NCBI GenBank assembly: GCA_049512935.1
Contig: JBEKWR010000002.1
Coordinates: 32,001-96,000, forward strand
DNA from: Candidatus Bathyarchaeia archaeon
GTDB lineage: Archaea > Thermoproteota > Bathyarchaeia > Bathyarchaeales > Bathycorpusculaceae
Direction: 5' to 3'
DNA: 64,000 nucleotides
The translations under genes were made by a program, and so were the position numbers. How positions within the stretch are numbered: the stretch's first letter is position 1; the number at the start of each line of letters is the position of its first letter. The notes beneath the pieces were generated by a model. That model was given only the letters and a program-made list of their open reading frames with translations, was not told where the DNA came from and did not search any database. This document shows, piece after piece, positions 16,928 to 27,260 of this stretch.

Positions 16928-17980
16928 ATGCCCAAGGTTAAAGTTGCATTGATCGGTGTTGGAAACTGCGCCTCAGCCTTCATCCAAGGCGTCGTGTACT
17001 ACCAGAAATTCAGCAAACCTGAAGAGTTCGTCGGGCTGCGCAACCCAGTTTTGGCTGGTTTAAGCCCGAAGGACATCGCGGTTGTCGCCGCGTTTGACGT
17101 TGACGCCCGAAAGGTTGGAAAAGACGTTTCTGAAGCCATTTTTGCCGCGCCGAACAACGCGCCCAAAGTGGCTGATGTACCCGCGCTAGGTGTTAAGGTC
17201 GCTAAGGGTCCGCTGCTTGACGGGTTGGGAGATTCAACTAAAGCCATAGTTCAAGTCAGCAGTGCCCCCGATGCAGATGTCACTAAGGTTCTCAAGGCTG
17301 CGGGCGCTGAAGTTATGGTTAATTTGCTGCCGAGCGGAGCCTCACAAGCCACGCAGTGGTACGCCGAGCAGGCTTTGGCGGCGGGATGCGCATTCGTGAA
17401 CGCTACACCGACATTTATCGCGAGCGATGCGGCGTGGGCGAAACGGTTCAGCGACGCTAAACTGCCGCTTGCCGGCGACGACTTGATCGATCAGATCGGC
17501 TCAACCGCGCTGCACAAGACGCTTCTTAAGCTGCTCAGCGACTGCGGCGTAAAGATCGAAGAGACTTACCAGTTGGACGTCGGCGGCGGAACAGAATCCG
17601 TGGACACGATGGATCGCACGCGCGACGCTAAACGCCAAATCAAAACCGAGTCGGTGGCTGCCTCGCTACCGTACAAGGCTGAGGTTGTGGCTGGCAGCAC
17701 GGACTACGTGGATTTCCTGCAGAACAAGCGTGACAGCTACTTCTGGATAAGCGGCGTCTACTTCCTCAACGCGCCGATGAAGATCGACCTCAAATACCAA
17801 ACAGTCGACGCGCCCAACGCGGGCAGCGTGCTCTTCGACGTTGTCAGAGCCATGAAGCTTGCGCTTAGCAAGAAAGTTAAGGGCGCCGTGGAACCTGTCT
17901 GCGCTTACGGGTTTAAGCGTCCGCCGCAGATTGTCCCGATTGAAGTTGCCGACAAAGAATTCGCAAAGTTTGTCGCGTAA
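16928..17980 (+). CDS. ino1: myo-inositol-1-phosphate synthase
   Basis: GVGNCASA Rossmann motif, VAAFDVDARKVGKD, GCAFVN, GDD and DAPNAG; some catalytic-region residues look divergent. Confidence 0.85.
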   Translation: MPKVKVALIGVGNCASAFIQGVVYYQKFSKPEEFVGLRNPVLAGLSPKDIAVVAAFDVDARKVGKDVSEAIFAAPNNAPKVADVPALGVKVAKGPLLDGLGDSTKAIVQVSSAPDADVTKVLKAAGAEVMVNLLPSGASQATQWYAEQALAAGCAFVNATPTFIASDAAWAKRFSDAKLPLAGDDLIDQIGSTALHKTLLKLLSDCGVKIEETYQLDVGGGTESVDTMDRTRDAKRQIKTESVAASLPYKAEVVAGSTDYVDFLQNKRDSYFWISGVYFLNAPMKIDLKYQTVDAPNAGSVLFDVVRAMKLALSKKVKGAVEPVCAYGFKRPPQIVPIEVADKEFAKFVA

Positions 17981-18076
17981 ACCACATCAAACACAAAATA
18001 GCTTTATCATGTACTGGGCAAATAAGCGAAAAATTAAAAACAGAACTATCCACTAAACGCTAAGGAGACAAGCCAA

Positions 18077-18373
18077 TTGGATACCATAAGAAGACACTTC
18101 CTTCTTTGCGTAATTGGAGGCGCTTTCTGTGTTGCCTTCGGACTTTGGGCTTCAATAGTCAACCCCACAGGCATCAGCAATGCGTACACTCTTCCAGAGT
18201 TCCCATTTTTTGGGGAAATCTTGGTGGTCTTTGGTTTATACTTTCTTTGGAAATACCTTCCACCATTTGCTCATTGGAAAGGCTTTTTAGGCTACATCAA
18301 ATGCCCACATTGTGGATCCCTTGTTAAAGAAGACGGGACTGTTTGCAAGTACTGTGGAAAAAAACTCGGTTAG
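18077..18373 (+). CDS. Small two-TM protein with C-terminal zinc ribbon
   Basis: Two TM helices followed by CPHCG..CKYCG. Confidence 0.7.
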   Translation: MDTIRRHFLLCVIGGAFCVAFGLWASIVNPTGISNAYTLPEFPFFGEILVVFGLYFLWKYLPPFAHWKGFLGYIKCPHCGSLVKEDGTVCKYCGKKLG

Positions 18374-18470
18374 CAAAAGGCTCCAACTTGGATGACAAAT
18401 AACTTAACGATGTCCCATCGAGGATAGTCATATTAGGAAGAGTTTGCCTGAGTGACTAAAGTGTTACCGC

Positions 18471-19004
18471 ATGGAATTCATGAATGTCATAACTTCACGG
18501 AAAAGCGTCCGGGACTTTTTAGGCAAAGCGGTTGAGGAAGAAAAGTTGATGAAAATCTTGGAGGCTGCGAGGCTAGCGCCTTCCTGGGCTAACAAGCAAG
18601 GATGCAAATACGTTGTGGTAAAGAATAAATCTACAATCAACGAGTTAGCAACCGGGTTCACCAGTTGGCTAAGCGAGGCGCCCGTCATCTTGGCTGCGTG
18701 CATTGACCCCAAAGACTCCGGCTCGCACAACGGCATGGATTACTACCTTGTAGACGTGGGCATATCAATGCAGCAGCTTGTTTTGGCGGCAACGGACTTG
18801 GGGCTTGGAACCTGCTGGATAGGGGGATTCGACGAGGACAAAGTTAAGAAAGTTTTGGAGATACCAAGCAACATCAGGGTTGTTGCGTTGACTCCTATAG
18901 GGTACCCGGCACCAATGAGTGAGAGAAGCAAAACCGTGCGCGAATTCGTCAAGGCATTTCAAAGAAAGCCGCTGGAAAGCATGGTTCACCGAGAAAAATG
19001 GTGA
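18471..19004 (+). CDS. Nitroreductase family protein
   Basis: RKSVRDF, ARLAPSWANKQ, LGLGTCWIG and PIGYP. Confidence 0.93.
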   Translation: MEFMNVITSRKSVRDFLGKAVEEEKLMKILEAARLAPSWANKQGCKYVVVKNKSTINELATGFTSWLSEAPVILAACIDPKDSGSHNGMDYYLVDVGISMQQLVLAATDLGLGTCWIGGFDEDKVKKVLEIPSNIRVVALTPIGYPAPMSERSKTVREFVKAFQRKPLESMVHREKW

Positions 19005-19024
19005 CGGACCTTCAGCGTTGACCG

Positions 19025-20125
19025 CTAAAGTTTTCGTAGTTCAGCCAGCACTTTTTCCCTGAACCCGTTATATTTCAGCGTGTCTTTGAGGTAGTTTATG
19101 GTTTTGACAGGAGTCGGGTCTACGCCGCGCAGCACCGCCAAGTAGACGCTTGCAAAGTCGCCGATCAGCGTAGTTGAAAGCATCCGTGCCAAGCGGCTTT
19201 TGCCTTGGGCTTGAACCTCAAGCAGACCAACACCCGCTTGTTCCATCAGCTCTTTCGTGATTTCTATCCTGCTCTGAATCGCAACTGGTTCCTCCTTGTC
19301 TCTTAAGAAAATCGCCGAAAAAGATTTAGCGAGCTCACCCGCGCGCTCCCAACCCACAATCTCGTTGTGGTTCAGTTCGCTGAAAACGTCCCATTTCGCT
19401 GGAACCTTGCTGTTCTCGTTGAACTGCTGCTTGTAACGCATAGCGACGCTGCGGTACATGCCGAACCCGTAGATGACAGGCGAGGTTTGCCCGATGTTTA
19501 AGGCTAAAGCTTTCGAGTAGTTTTCTACCGTTGCCTTCTCAGGCGCGTTGTCCACGCCGATTTTTTCGAGAAGCTGCACGGCTTCCGAAAGCTCCTCTAA
19601 GGCGCCCGAGACCAAACCCATCTTCTCCACGTAAACCAGAAGGGGAACCATCAGGTAGGGCAATGCCGCCCTTGGAGGCATGCCAGTTGGAACACGCAGG
19701 TACGGCACGTTTAGGCGTTCAGCGTTTTCAAGCAGGGCGCCTCCGCTGCTGACGCAGAAAATCATGCATTTCCGCTTCAACGCGTCAAGAAAGGCGCTGA
19801 GGGTTTCCTCGGTGTCGCCCGAGTAGCTTGTTATCAAAACGAGCGTTTTTTTGCCCGCGTACTCGGGAAGCTCGTATTCCCTGTTAACTTCAATGGGCAC
19901 GGCGGTTTGGTTTTTCGCCCAGTCCTTGAGGAGGTCGCCGCCGATTCCTGAGCCGCCCATTCCCGCGACAATTATGCTGCTCGGCTTAGGATAGTTGACT
20001 TTGACTTTGCCTGCTAACTCCTCAGCTTCACGGTAAAGCTTGGCGGAGTTAACGCAGAAGTTGACAGCGTTGCTCCTGTCTACCATCTTGATTTTTTGAA
20101 CATCGTCTAAAACGGGTGCAGCCAT
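19025..20125 (-). CDS. Bifunctional phosphoglucose/phosphomannose isomerase
   Basis: GMGGSGIGG, SYSGDTEET, QFNENSK, ELNHNEIVGW and VDPTPV. Confidence 0.93.
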   Translation of the reverse strand: MAAPVLDDVQKIKMVDRSNAVNFCVNSAKLYREAEELAGKVKVNYPKPSSIIVAGMGGSGIGGDLLKDWAKNQTAVPIEVNREYELPEYAGKKTLVLITSYSGDTEETLSAFLDALKRKCMIFCVSSGGALLENAERLNVPYLRVPTGMPPRAALPYLMVPLLVYVEKMGLVSGALEELSEAVQLLEKIGVDNAPEKATVENYSKALALNIGQTSPVIYGFGMYRSVAMRYKQQFNENSKVPAKWDVFSELNHNEIVGWERAGELAKSFSAIFLRDKEEPVAIQSRIEITKELMEQAGVGLLEVQAQGKSRLARMLSTTLIGDFASVYLAVLRGVDPTPVKTINYLKDTLKYNGFREKVLAELRKL

Positions 20126-20223
20126 TTCATGATTCCTCCAGTAACCCGCAATTTTATATCTAAAACCTTCCTTTTAAGCTCAGCGCAGAAGCATCAACCA
20201 AGCGGTAGGAAGCAAGAAAATTC

Positions 20224-21078
20224 GTGGATAAGAAGAAACTTACAATAGCCATTCCGGCGTCAACAGTCTCAGACACGCCTCATCTGAGGGAGAAAACCTC
20301 GAAGGTGGGATCGATCGGGCGGGCTGCGGCGATTTTCAGAGTGGACGAAATCATAGTTTACGCTGACAACCCTAAGGCTAACCAGGTGCGGGACCTGGAT
20401 TTCACCGCGCTTTTGCTGACTTATCTGGAGACGCCTCAGTACCTGCGCAGAAGACTCTTCAAACTTGAGCCTAACCTGCAGTACGCTGGAATTCTGCCGC
20501 CTCTGCGCACGCCTCCTCATCTTGTAAGCGGCAAAACAAGGGATTTGAAGGTCGGCGAGTACCGTGAAGGGGTCGTCGTTTCGAGGGCTAAGGACGGCTT
20601 GCTTGTGGACGTGGGCGTCGAGCAGCCAGCGATCCTAAGAGAAACCCAGCACGCGCAGGACGAACGCTTAACCCTGCAGGTCGTCAACGTTTCGGGGCGC
20701 GTTGAGGTCCAAACCGTAAACCGCAGCGACATAGAGGCTTACTGGGGCTTCAAGGTTCGCATGGAAAACAAGCCTTTCGGGCAGGTTGTGGCTGCAGGCG
20801 GGTTCGACTTGACAATTGCCACGGCTAGGCTCGGCGTCAACTTTAGAGAAGTTGCTGACAAGATCAGCGCGAAATGGAGCCAAGCCCACAGTGTTTTGGT
20901 CGCGTTTGGGGCGCCGTCGAGGGGTCTGCATGAAATCGCCGAAGACGAAGGCTTAAGGCTGGGGTCAATCGTCGACTTCGTCGTTAACACGATTCCTAAG
21001 CAGGGCACGGCGACGGTTAGAACTGAAGAAGCGCTGCTGGCTTCACTAGCCATCTTCAACGAACAATTTAACCATTGA
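20224..21078 (+). CDS. SPOUT RNA methyltransferase (DUF171/MTH1-like)
   Basis: IGRAAAIFRVDEI, ETPQYLRR, GILPPL and NTIPKQGTATVRTEEA. Confidence 0.92.
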   Translation: MDKKKLTIAIPASTVSDTPHLREKTSKVGSIGRAAAIFRVDEIIVYADNPKANQVRDLDFTALLLTYLETPQYLRRRLFKLEPNLQYAGILPPLRTPPHLVSGKTRDLKVGEYREGVVVSRAKDGLLVDVGVEQPAILRETQHAQDERLTLQVVNVSGRVEVQTVNRSDIEAYWGFKVRMENKPFGQVVAAGGFDLTIATARLGVNFREVADKISAKWSQAHSVLVAFGAPSRGLHEIAEDEGLRLGSIVDFVVNTIPKQGTATVRTEEALLASLAIFNEQFNH

Positions 21079-21119
21079 ATCCCTAAAAAGAAGCCAAGCG
21101 TCTGCCCAGTCAGTTTTCT

Positions 21120-21701
21120 TTAGAGGCTGTTCTCTTTAATTTGCTTGTATCGGAAGCAAAACGTCAAGTGGTCGTTGACTAAACCTGCGGCTTGCATGAA
21201 AGCGTAGCATATTGTGGGTCCGACAAACTTGAACCCTCTCTTTTTCAGGTCTTGGCTCATTGCCCTTGACTCCTCTGTTTCCGCGGGCACATCTGCGAAG
21301 CTCTTGAAGCCGTTGTGGATTGTTTGTCCGCCCACGAACCGCCATATGTAGGTGTCGAAACTGCCGAATTCCTTTTGGACCTGCAGGAACTTTTCGGCGT
21401 TGTTTATGGCGGCTTTGATTTTCAGTTGGTTGCGAACTATGTTGGGTGTCGCCATTAATCTTTCAACGTCGAAGGCGGTGTATTTTGCGATTTTCTCGGG
21501 GTTGAAATTGTCGAAGGCTTTGCGGAAATGCTCTCTCCGCTGAAGTATAAGCAGCCACGTTAAGCCTGCCTGAAAACTGTCAAGGACTAAGAACTCGAAA
21601 AGCTTGCGGTCATCATGCAAGGGGATTCCCCATTCCTCGTCATGGTACTTAATGTAGAGCGGATTGGTTGTATCCCAGCATCTTCTCAGTGTTGAATCCA
21701 T
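21120..21701 (-). CDS. tag: DNA-3-methyladenine glycosylase I
   Basis: YHDEEWG, QAGLTW and GFKFVGPTICYAFMQAAGLVNDH..C. Confidence 0.96.
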   Translation of the reverse strand: MDSTLRRCWDTTNPLYIKYHDEEWGIPLHDDRKLFEFLVLDSFQAGLTWLLILQRREHFRKAFDNFNPEKIAKYTAFDVERLMATPNIVRNQLKIKAAINNAEKFLQVQKEFGSFDTYIWRFVGGQTIHNGFKSFADVPAETEESRAMSQDLKKRGFKFVGPTICYAFMQAAGLVNDHLTFCFRYKQIKENSL

Positions 21702-21825
21702 AAGGAGGGATAATTGCCTTGGTGTTTTTAAGGTTTAATCCAATGGCGACTCGGGGGCAAATGTCGGAAGGTTCTTTTCTGTTTTGGCTAAAGAAATAAA
21801 TGCGGCGCTGATAATTGCTCTGACT

Positions 21826-22989
21826 ATGGTCTACTTTGACATTGCCATGCCAATCACACTGTTTGTTGTGCTTGTCGTTGCTACGCTGCTAAACAAGCGT
21901 GTTGCTAGGAAACTGCAGTCAACTGTCGAAGAAAAAGAGCTCAGGACGAAGGATGTAATCCTCCTTGTAGTTTTCATGGCGATAGTGATTTCAGCCATAA
22001 CTTACTTTTCAATAGTTAATCCCGGTGCAATATTCGAAAATGTTCTGCTCATATTCTTCTTGTCCGCATACACCATGCTACTATTCACGATTTCCTACGT
22101 GTTCAGCAATATCCCCAAAGCAAGGGCGCAGTTGCTATCCGTCGGCTTCGGCGTGGCAAGCGCGATTTTGGGAGTAGCATGCGTGTTAGGCCCACTTCGA
22201 GATGCTTATACGATTTATAGGGTAGTGGCGTTTTTTGGGTTGACAGCCTTTTGTTTTGGCGTTGTAGTCTTTGAACAACTGAAGACTTATCCAAAGTCGA
22301 AATGGTATGTAGCTGCTCAGCCGCCGGCAATTTTCGTGCTATTATTTGTTTTTCTTAACTTCATCAATAATTCTGGCACTGTTGCATTATGGTATCCCGT
22401 TATTATGGATACTTTTGGGTTAACGTTTGCCGTCTTGATAATTCTGTATCTCAGCTCATTGTTCAGTTGGAAGACGGTGGGGCTCTTTGCCGTGCTCCTT
22501 ACAGCGATGGATATGATTCTGGTTTTCAGCGGGCCGATGGTTGCTGCTGCCAATACATTCACAGGTTTAGGCCTACCAGTTTTGGTATGGTTACCGAACG
22601 TTCCGCTGTTTCACTCTACGGCGGCAGGAAACATATTTGGGTTTGCACAAAATGGGCTTGGGCTAGGCGACTTTTTCTTTGCAGGAGTCTTAACAGTGCA
22701 AACATTCAACAAATTCGGCAGAAAAACCGCTTTCGCGGCTATTGTGGCTATTACTGTCGCATTTGCCCTTTGGGAAGCTTCTTTCCCATATACTCTGCCT
22801 GCGATAACCTCGTTCCTGAGGCTAAGTAAACCCCTTGAAGGTTTTCCAGCGACTGTATGTATCCTTAGCGGTTGGGCACCCATTATAGCCTTGAAGCTGC
22901 TTAGCGAAAGAAGAAAAGCATCGAAGATGCCGATTGTTAACCAACCGACTCAAACTTCCACCGAACAAAGCAGCTTGCCAACGCAATAG
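21826..22989 (+). CDS. Presenilin/signal-peptide-peptidase-like GxGD intramembrane protease
   Basis: Multi-TM protein; AMD (YD-equivalent), LGLGDFF and PAT (PAL-like). Start uncertain (21784 or 21826). Confidence 0.72.
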   Translation: MVYFDIAMPITLFVVLVVATLLNKRVARKLQSTVEEKELRTKDVILLVVFMAIVISAITYFSIVNPGAIFENVLLIFFLSAYTMLLFTISYVFSNIPKARAQLLSVGFGVASAILGVACVLGPLRDAYTIYRVVAFFGLTAFCFGVVVFEQLKTYPKSKWYVAAQPPAIFVLLFVFLNFINNSGTVALWYPVIMDTFGLTFAVLIILYLSSLFSWKTVGLFAVLLTAMDMILVFSGPMVAAANTFTGLGLPVLVWLPNVPLFHSTAAGNIFGFAQNGLGLGDFFFAGVLTVQTFNKFGRKTAFAAIVAITVAFALWEASFPYTLPAITSFLRLSKPLEGFPATVCILSGWAPIIALKLLSERRKASKMPIVNQPTQTSTEQSSLPTQ

Positions 22990-23090
22990 ACGCGCTTTTT
23001 GGTTTTCAGTTTCTTAACTTTCAGCGTATAAAATGGAAAAATAATTGTTTTGGGGAAAAATTGTTATTTAAAAATAAGAGAGAGGCTGAT

Positions 23091-23417
23091 TTACCCGAAT
23101 AGGGCGCCTAATCCTTCTAACGCTGCTTCTTCTTTGGCTTTCTCTTCTTCAGCTTTCTTCTTCTTGTCCTCTGGAGCTGCTGCCGCTGGCTTTGCTTCTG
23201 CACCTGCCGCTGGAGCCGCAACTGGAGCCGCCGCCATCATCGTTGGTGCCGCCTTGATTGCCTCGTCAATGTTTACCTCGCTGAGTGAAGCGACGAGCGC
23301 TTTGACTTGAACCGCGTCAACGCTGATTCCTGCCGCTTTGAGAACGCTGGTTACTGAGTTTTCGTTTATTTCTTTCCCTGCCTTGTGAAGGAGCATCGCT
23401 GCGTAAATGTTTTCCAT
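23091..23417 (-). CDS. rpl12: 50S ribosomal stalk protein P1 (L12p)
   Basis: [17 protein letters not shown], Ala-rich hinge, terminal GLGALFG; GAGGTGA SD. Confidence 0.97.
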   Translation of the reverse strand: MENIYAAMLLHKAGKEINENSVTSVLKAAGISVDAVQVKALVASLSEVNIDEAIKAAPTMMAAAPVAAPAAGAEAKPAAAAPEDKKKKAEEEKAKEEAALEGLGALFG

Positions 23418-23663
23418 ACCTTTTCACCTCTTCAACGGACTATTTTAACTTTTCAGTTGGTCAGACCCGCCTGTTTCGGGAAGGCTGGTCGTTACCTTGA
23501 ATCGGCAGTTGATTCTGCCACTTGCCGTTAGGAAAAAGACCCATTACCTTAAGAACCTTTCGTACATGAGTTGACTCCCATGACGTTTCCATTTTGAAAC
23601 CCGAAAAGCCCTCATAACGCTTATCTTTTAGACGCGCTACAATGGCAACGGGTTAATGATAAT

Positions 23664-24635
23664 ATGGGAAACGTTACGGTCGCCGTTCTCGGCGCTTTAG
23701 ATTACGGGGGCAGCATCGGCAAGAAAGGGACATCGACAGACATAACGTTCTACAACCTCAAGAGGGGCGAGGACACTGTTACCCTTATCGAGCCGACACG
23801 GTACCCTGAAAGGCTTGCGCCTTTGTTCTACGCTGTTTCGCTCTCGAAAAAAGCCATAGTCGTGGTTGACCAATTGGACGCTACCTTCGGCGAATGCCTC
23901 GTTATGCTTCAATGCTCAGACATAAAAAGCGGCTACTTCGTCCTAAGAAACTACATTCCTAAAGAAAAAATCGAGCCCCTCATCAAAGGAACCAGCCTTG
24001 AAAAATTCGAGTTCGTGGGCGACGACCCCAATTTTTTCCGAGAACAGCTCTTAGCTGAAGCCTCAGGGCAGAAACCCGTCGAAGTCGCGGCGGGGCAGCA
24101 GGCGGTCGGGACTGTTCCAGTTGACCACTCCTTCAACGTTAAAGGCGTCGGCGTCGTTGTGCTCGGCGTAGTTGCTTACGGGGCAGTGCAGAAACATGCA
24201 ACCCTAAACGCGTTGCCAGCCGGGAAGTCGGCGCAGGTCCGCTCGATACAGAAGCACGACGACGAGTTTGACGTGGCGGGCGAGGGCGACCGCGTGGGGC
24301 TTGCGTTGAAAAACATCGAAGTCGAAGATTTGGATCGGGGCGTAGTTTTAACAAATGACCCGTCAATCAAAGTTTCATCTAAGCTGGAAACGCAAGCGTC
24401 TCTCGTGAAGTATTGGCAGATGCCCATTAAGGAGGGAATGGTCATGCACGTTGGCCACTGGACGCAGTTCGTAACCGCCAAGGTCGAAGCCGTCAGCGAC
24501 GCGGGCGACTGGAGAAAACCATCGTTGACCTTAACGCTGGATAAACCGCTTGTCTACCACCCAAATGATAAAGCTGTCCTGATGTATTTGGAGGGCACCA
24601 AGCTCCGAGTGGCAGGGAACCTGACGCTATCTTAA
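23664..24635 (+). CDS. Archaeal SelB-like/EF-Tu domain-2 protein with degenerate G domain
   Basis: GKKGTSTDITFYN, VDHSFNVKGVGVVVLG, VRSIQKHD and GDRVGLALK. Confidence 0.85.
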   Translation: MGNVTVAVLGALDYGGSIGKKGTSTDITFYNLKRGEDTVTLIEPTRYPERLAPLFYAVSLSKKAIVVVDQLDATFGECLVMLQCSDIKSGYFVLRNYIPKEKIEPLIKGTSLEKFEFVGDDPNFFREQLLAEASGQKPVEVAAGQQAVGTVPVDHSFNVKGVGVVVLGVVAYGAVQKHATLNALPAGKSAQVRSIQKHDDEFDVAGEGDRVGLALKNIEVEDLDRGVVLTNDPSIKVSSKLETQASLVKYWQMPIKEGMVMHVGHWTQFVTAKVEAVSDAGDWRKPSLTLTLDKPLVYHPNDKAVLMYLEGTKLRVAGNLTLS

Positions 24636-24649
24636 ATAAAACCAGTAGC

Positions 24650-25054
24650 ATGCATTCAGTTTGGAGAATCGATTTGCCTAAGAAAATAGCTCAACATGAC
24701 CCAGCGCCTCTCGAACGCCTATTTGGCTCATCCACGGCGCGGTTAATTGATTTCTTTACGCTATACGGTCAGTGGGACTACTCGAAAACAGACATAGCTG
24801 AAAACGCCGAAGTCAGCGTACGAACAGTTGCACGAGCTATTCCCTTCTTGGAAGAGCACGGAATGATAAAGAGGACTCGGATGGTAGGCAACGCGGAAAT
24901 GTACCAGACCAATAAGCAAAGCCCCATAATGCAGTATTTGAGCAAAGCTTCGCTGGCAATTGCAGATGTCGATGTGCGTCAAGAATTGAAGCGCCAAGGC
25001 TGCCTAAAAGAAGCTCAAACGAAGCAACATGAGATTAAACAAGTTGCCAAATAG
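24650..25054 (+). CDS. Winged-helix DNA-binding protein
   Basis: DYSKTDIAENAEVSVRTV..LEEHGMIKRTRMVGNAEMY. Confidence 0.72.
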   Translation: MHSVWRIDLPKKIAQHDPAPLERLFGSSTARLIDFFTLYGQWDYSKTDIAENAEVSVRTVARAIPFLEEHGMIKRTRMVGNAEMYQTNKQSPIMQYLSKASLAIADVDVRQELKRQGCLKEAQTKQHEIKQVAK

Positions 25055-25334
25055 CCTTACTTAAAGACCTGATTCTTATACATTACAAAAACAAGAGTTA
25101 CCGCGAAGGGCTGCTTCTCTTTCCGCCGCGACTTTAAGCGCTAAAACCAAAATCGTATAGAAAATCTTAAGTTTCTCTTAATTTGTTAGGAAACGCTAAA
25201 CTTCGGTTCGGACAGCGGTTTAGCGATTGTAACCAAAGCAACCGCTATGTAGGTATGTAAAGATTTCACTTGTTTAATTAACGGTTTGATATGAAAAAGA
25301 TTTATTAATTGTAAACTACAAACTCGGCAATACC

Positions 25335-25988
25335 TTGAAACCAAAGAAGACTCCCTATTTGCAAACTCCAGATGTTCAACCAAACGATAGAAAAGGGTTT
25401 GCAGGTGTTCTTGGGGGAAAGCTGCGTTTTTTGGTTGTTTTCGCTGTTATTTACGGGTTAGTGTTTATTAATTATATTGACATTGCCTCGTCAGGTTTAG
25501 TGTACGGTTACCATTTATGGCTGGTTTTGATGTATTTTTTACCGTTCGTCGGCTTTTCAATGCTTAGCCTAAAGAATTGGAAGCTGACGGTTGGGTTGGG
25601 GCTTATCGCGTCGCTTATGAATGACGTGTTCTATCACTTCATGCAATACCTCGTTGGTTTGCCTACCAACTTGTCACGTTCCTACGATCTGTGGCTTATT
25701 CCCCAGAATGCACTCCTATTTCACATGAACTTAGGTTTCGCTGATGTACAGGTTATGTCATGGATGATGGCACTTTCCATCTACCTCAGAATCGCTGTTG
25801 TCGTCGGTTTGTTATGGAACTGGAACCTTGCAGGAAAATCCCCGATGGTAAGAAACGAAGAAGCGACCCCCAGGCTGGGTTTAGGTGGGTTAAATCGGAT
25901 ACCTTCCCGAATAAAACGCTTGCATAAACCTCACTCAATCAAGAATTTCGCGAAGAAAAAAGCGTCCACAAAAATGCTTGGTGACTGA
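25335..25988 (+). CDS. Hypothetical membrane protein
   Basis: About four TM segments; SLMNDVFY motif; no family recognised. Confidence 0.6.
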   Translation: MKPKKTPYLQTPDVQPNDRKGFAGVLGGKLRFLVVFAVIYGLVFINYIDIASSGLVYGYHLWLVLMYFLPFVGFSMLSLKNWKLTVGLGLIASLMNDVFYHFMQYLVGLPTNLSRSYDLWLIPQNALLFHMNLGFADVQVMSWMMALSIYLRIAVVVGLLWNWNLAGKSPMVRNEEATPRLGLGGLNRIPSRIKRLHKPHSIKNFAKKKASTKMLGD

Positions 25989-26048
25989 TACTCGTCAAAA
26001 AAGAAAGCATAAATTAAGAACGCCCTCACCCATAAAAGCGGAAAAATT

Positions 26049-27188
26049 ATGTATCGAACTGGCGTTGCAAACCTGCCGCTCCACGGAGGAGACGCGCCCG
26101 CCTGGCTGACCGTGCGAATGCGTAAGCTAGCCAAGGAGATAGCCAGCATCATGATTGAAGAGCAGGGCACGGCAAAGTTTATCGAGCGCCTGTCTGACCC
26201 GTACTGGTTTCAAGCTTTCGGCTGCGTCTTAGCCTTTGACTGGCACAGTTCGGGTGTAACAACGGTCGTCACAGGCATCCTCAAAGGCGCTCTGTCGCCT
26301 GAAGAGCACGGCATCGCGGTCTGCGGCGGCAAAGGCAAAACCTCAAGGAAAACGCCCAGCGACATTGCTTTGGCAGGGGAAAAATTCGGCTTTTCAGAAG
26401 AAACCATCAAAACTCTCACTTACAACAGCAAAATGTCTGCGAAAATAGACAACACCGCCATCCAAGCGGGATACCAACTGTACCACCACGCGTTTCTTGT
26501 CACTCGGGATGAAAAGTGGGCGGTCATACAGCAGGGCATGAGCGAGGAGGACCACTCGGCAAGGCGTTACCATTGGCTATCCGACAAAGTAACTGACTTC
26601 GTTATTGAACCAGAAAACGCCATAGTAGGCGACGTAAAACGACAAAGTGCCCTAAACATGGTGGCAAAAGACAGCGAAGGCTCCCGTAAGGCTTCGGTTG
26701 ATTTGGCTAAAGAACCCACCCGCAAACTCATGAACCTCATCCAATCCGCCGCCAAACCACTGAACCAAGCCTCGCTGCAGAATTGGCTTCCCAAAACGGT
26801 TGAGGGTGACCCGTGGCAGCAAACCCTCAGCAGCCTTAACATGCCCCGCAACATTAACTGGGATACGTTGAGCCGAGCATACGAGTTTCAACCACGAAAC
26901 TACGAGGAACTGCTAAGCGTCAAAGGCGTGGGGCCAGCAACAGTCCGTGGTTTAGCGTTAGTTGCGGAGTTGATTTACGGGGAAAAGCCCAGTTGGGAAG
27001 ACCCAGTCAAATTCAGCTTCGCATTCGGAGGCAAAGACGGTGTCCCGTTCCCGGTTGACCGTAAAGCAATGGACGAATCAATCCAAATCCTCAAACAATC
27101 TGTGCATGAAGCCAAAATCGGTGAGAAAGAAAAATTGCGTTCGTTGGAGAGGTTAAGGCGGGTCGTTCCCGAAAACGCAAACTCGTAA
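26049..27188 (+). CDS. DUF763 family protein
   Basis: LPLHGG, SDPYWFQAFG, DWHSSGVTT, QLYHH, RRYHW and GGKDGVPFPV. Confidence 0.93.
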   Translation: MYRTGVANLPLHGGDAPAWLTVRMRKLAKEIASIMIEEQGTAKFIERLSDPYWFQAFGCVLAFDWHSSGVTTVVTGILKGALSPEEHGIAVCGGKGKTSRKTPSDIALAGEKFGFSEETIKTLTYNSKMSAKIDNTAIQAGYQLYHHAFLVTRDEKWAVIQQGMSEEDHSARRYHWLSDKVTDFVIEPENAIVGDVKRQSALNMVAKDSEGSRKASVDLAKEPTRKLMNLIQSAAKPLNQASLQNWLPKTVEGDPWQQTLSSLNMPRNINWDTLSRAYEFQPRNYEELLSVKGVGPATVRGLALVAELIYGEKPSWEDPVKFSFAFGGKDGVPFPVDRKAMDESIQILKQSVHEAKIGEKEKLRSLERLRRVVPENANS

Positions 27189-27260
27189 GCTTGAACCTTT
27201 CTTTAAAAACGAATAACTTTTATTGTTGCAGGTTCACTTATTTGCCCTGTGCCTGGAGGT

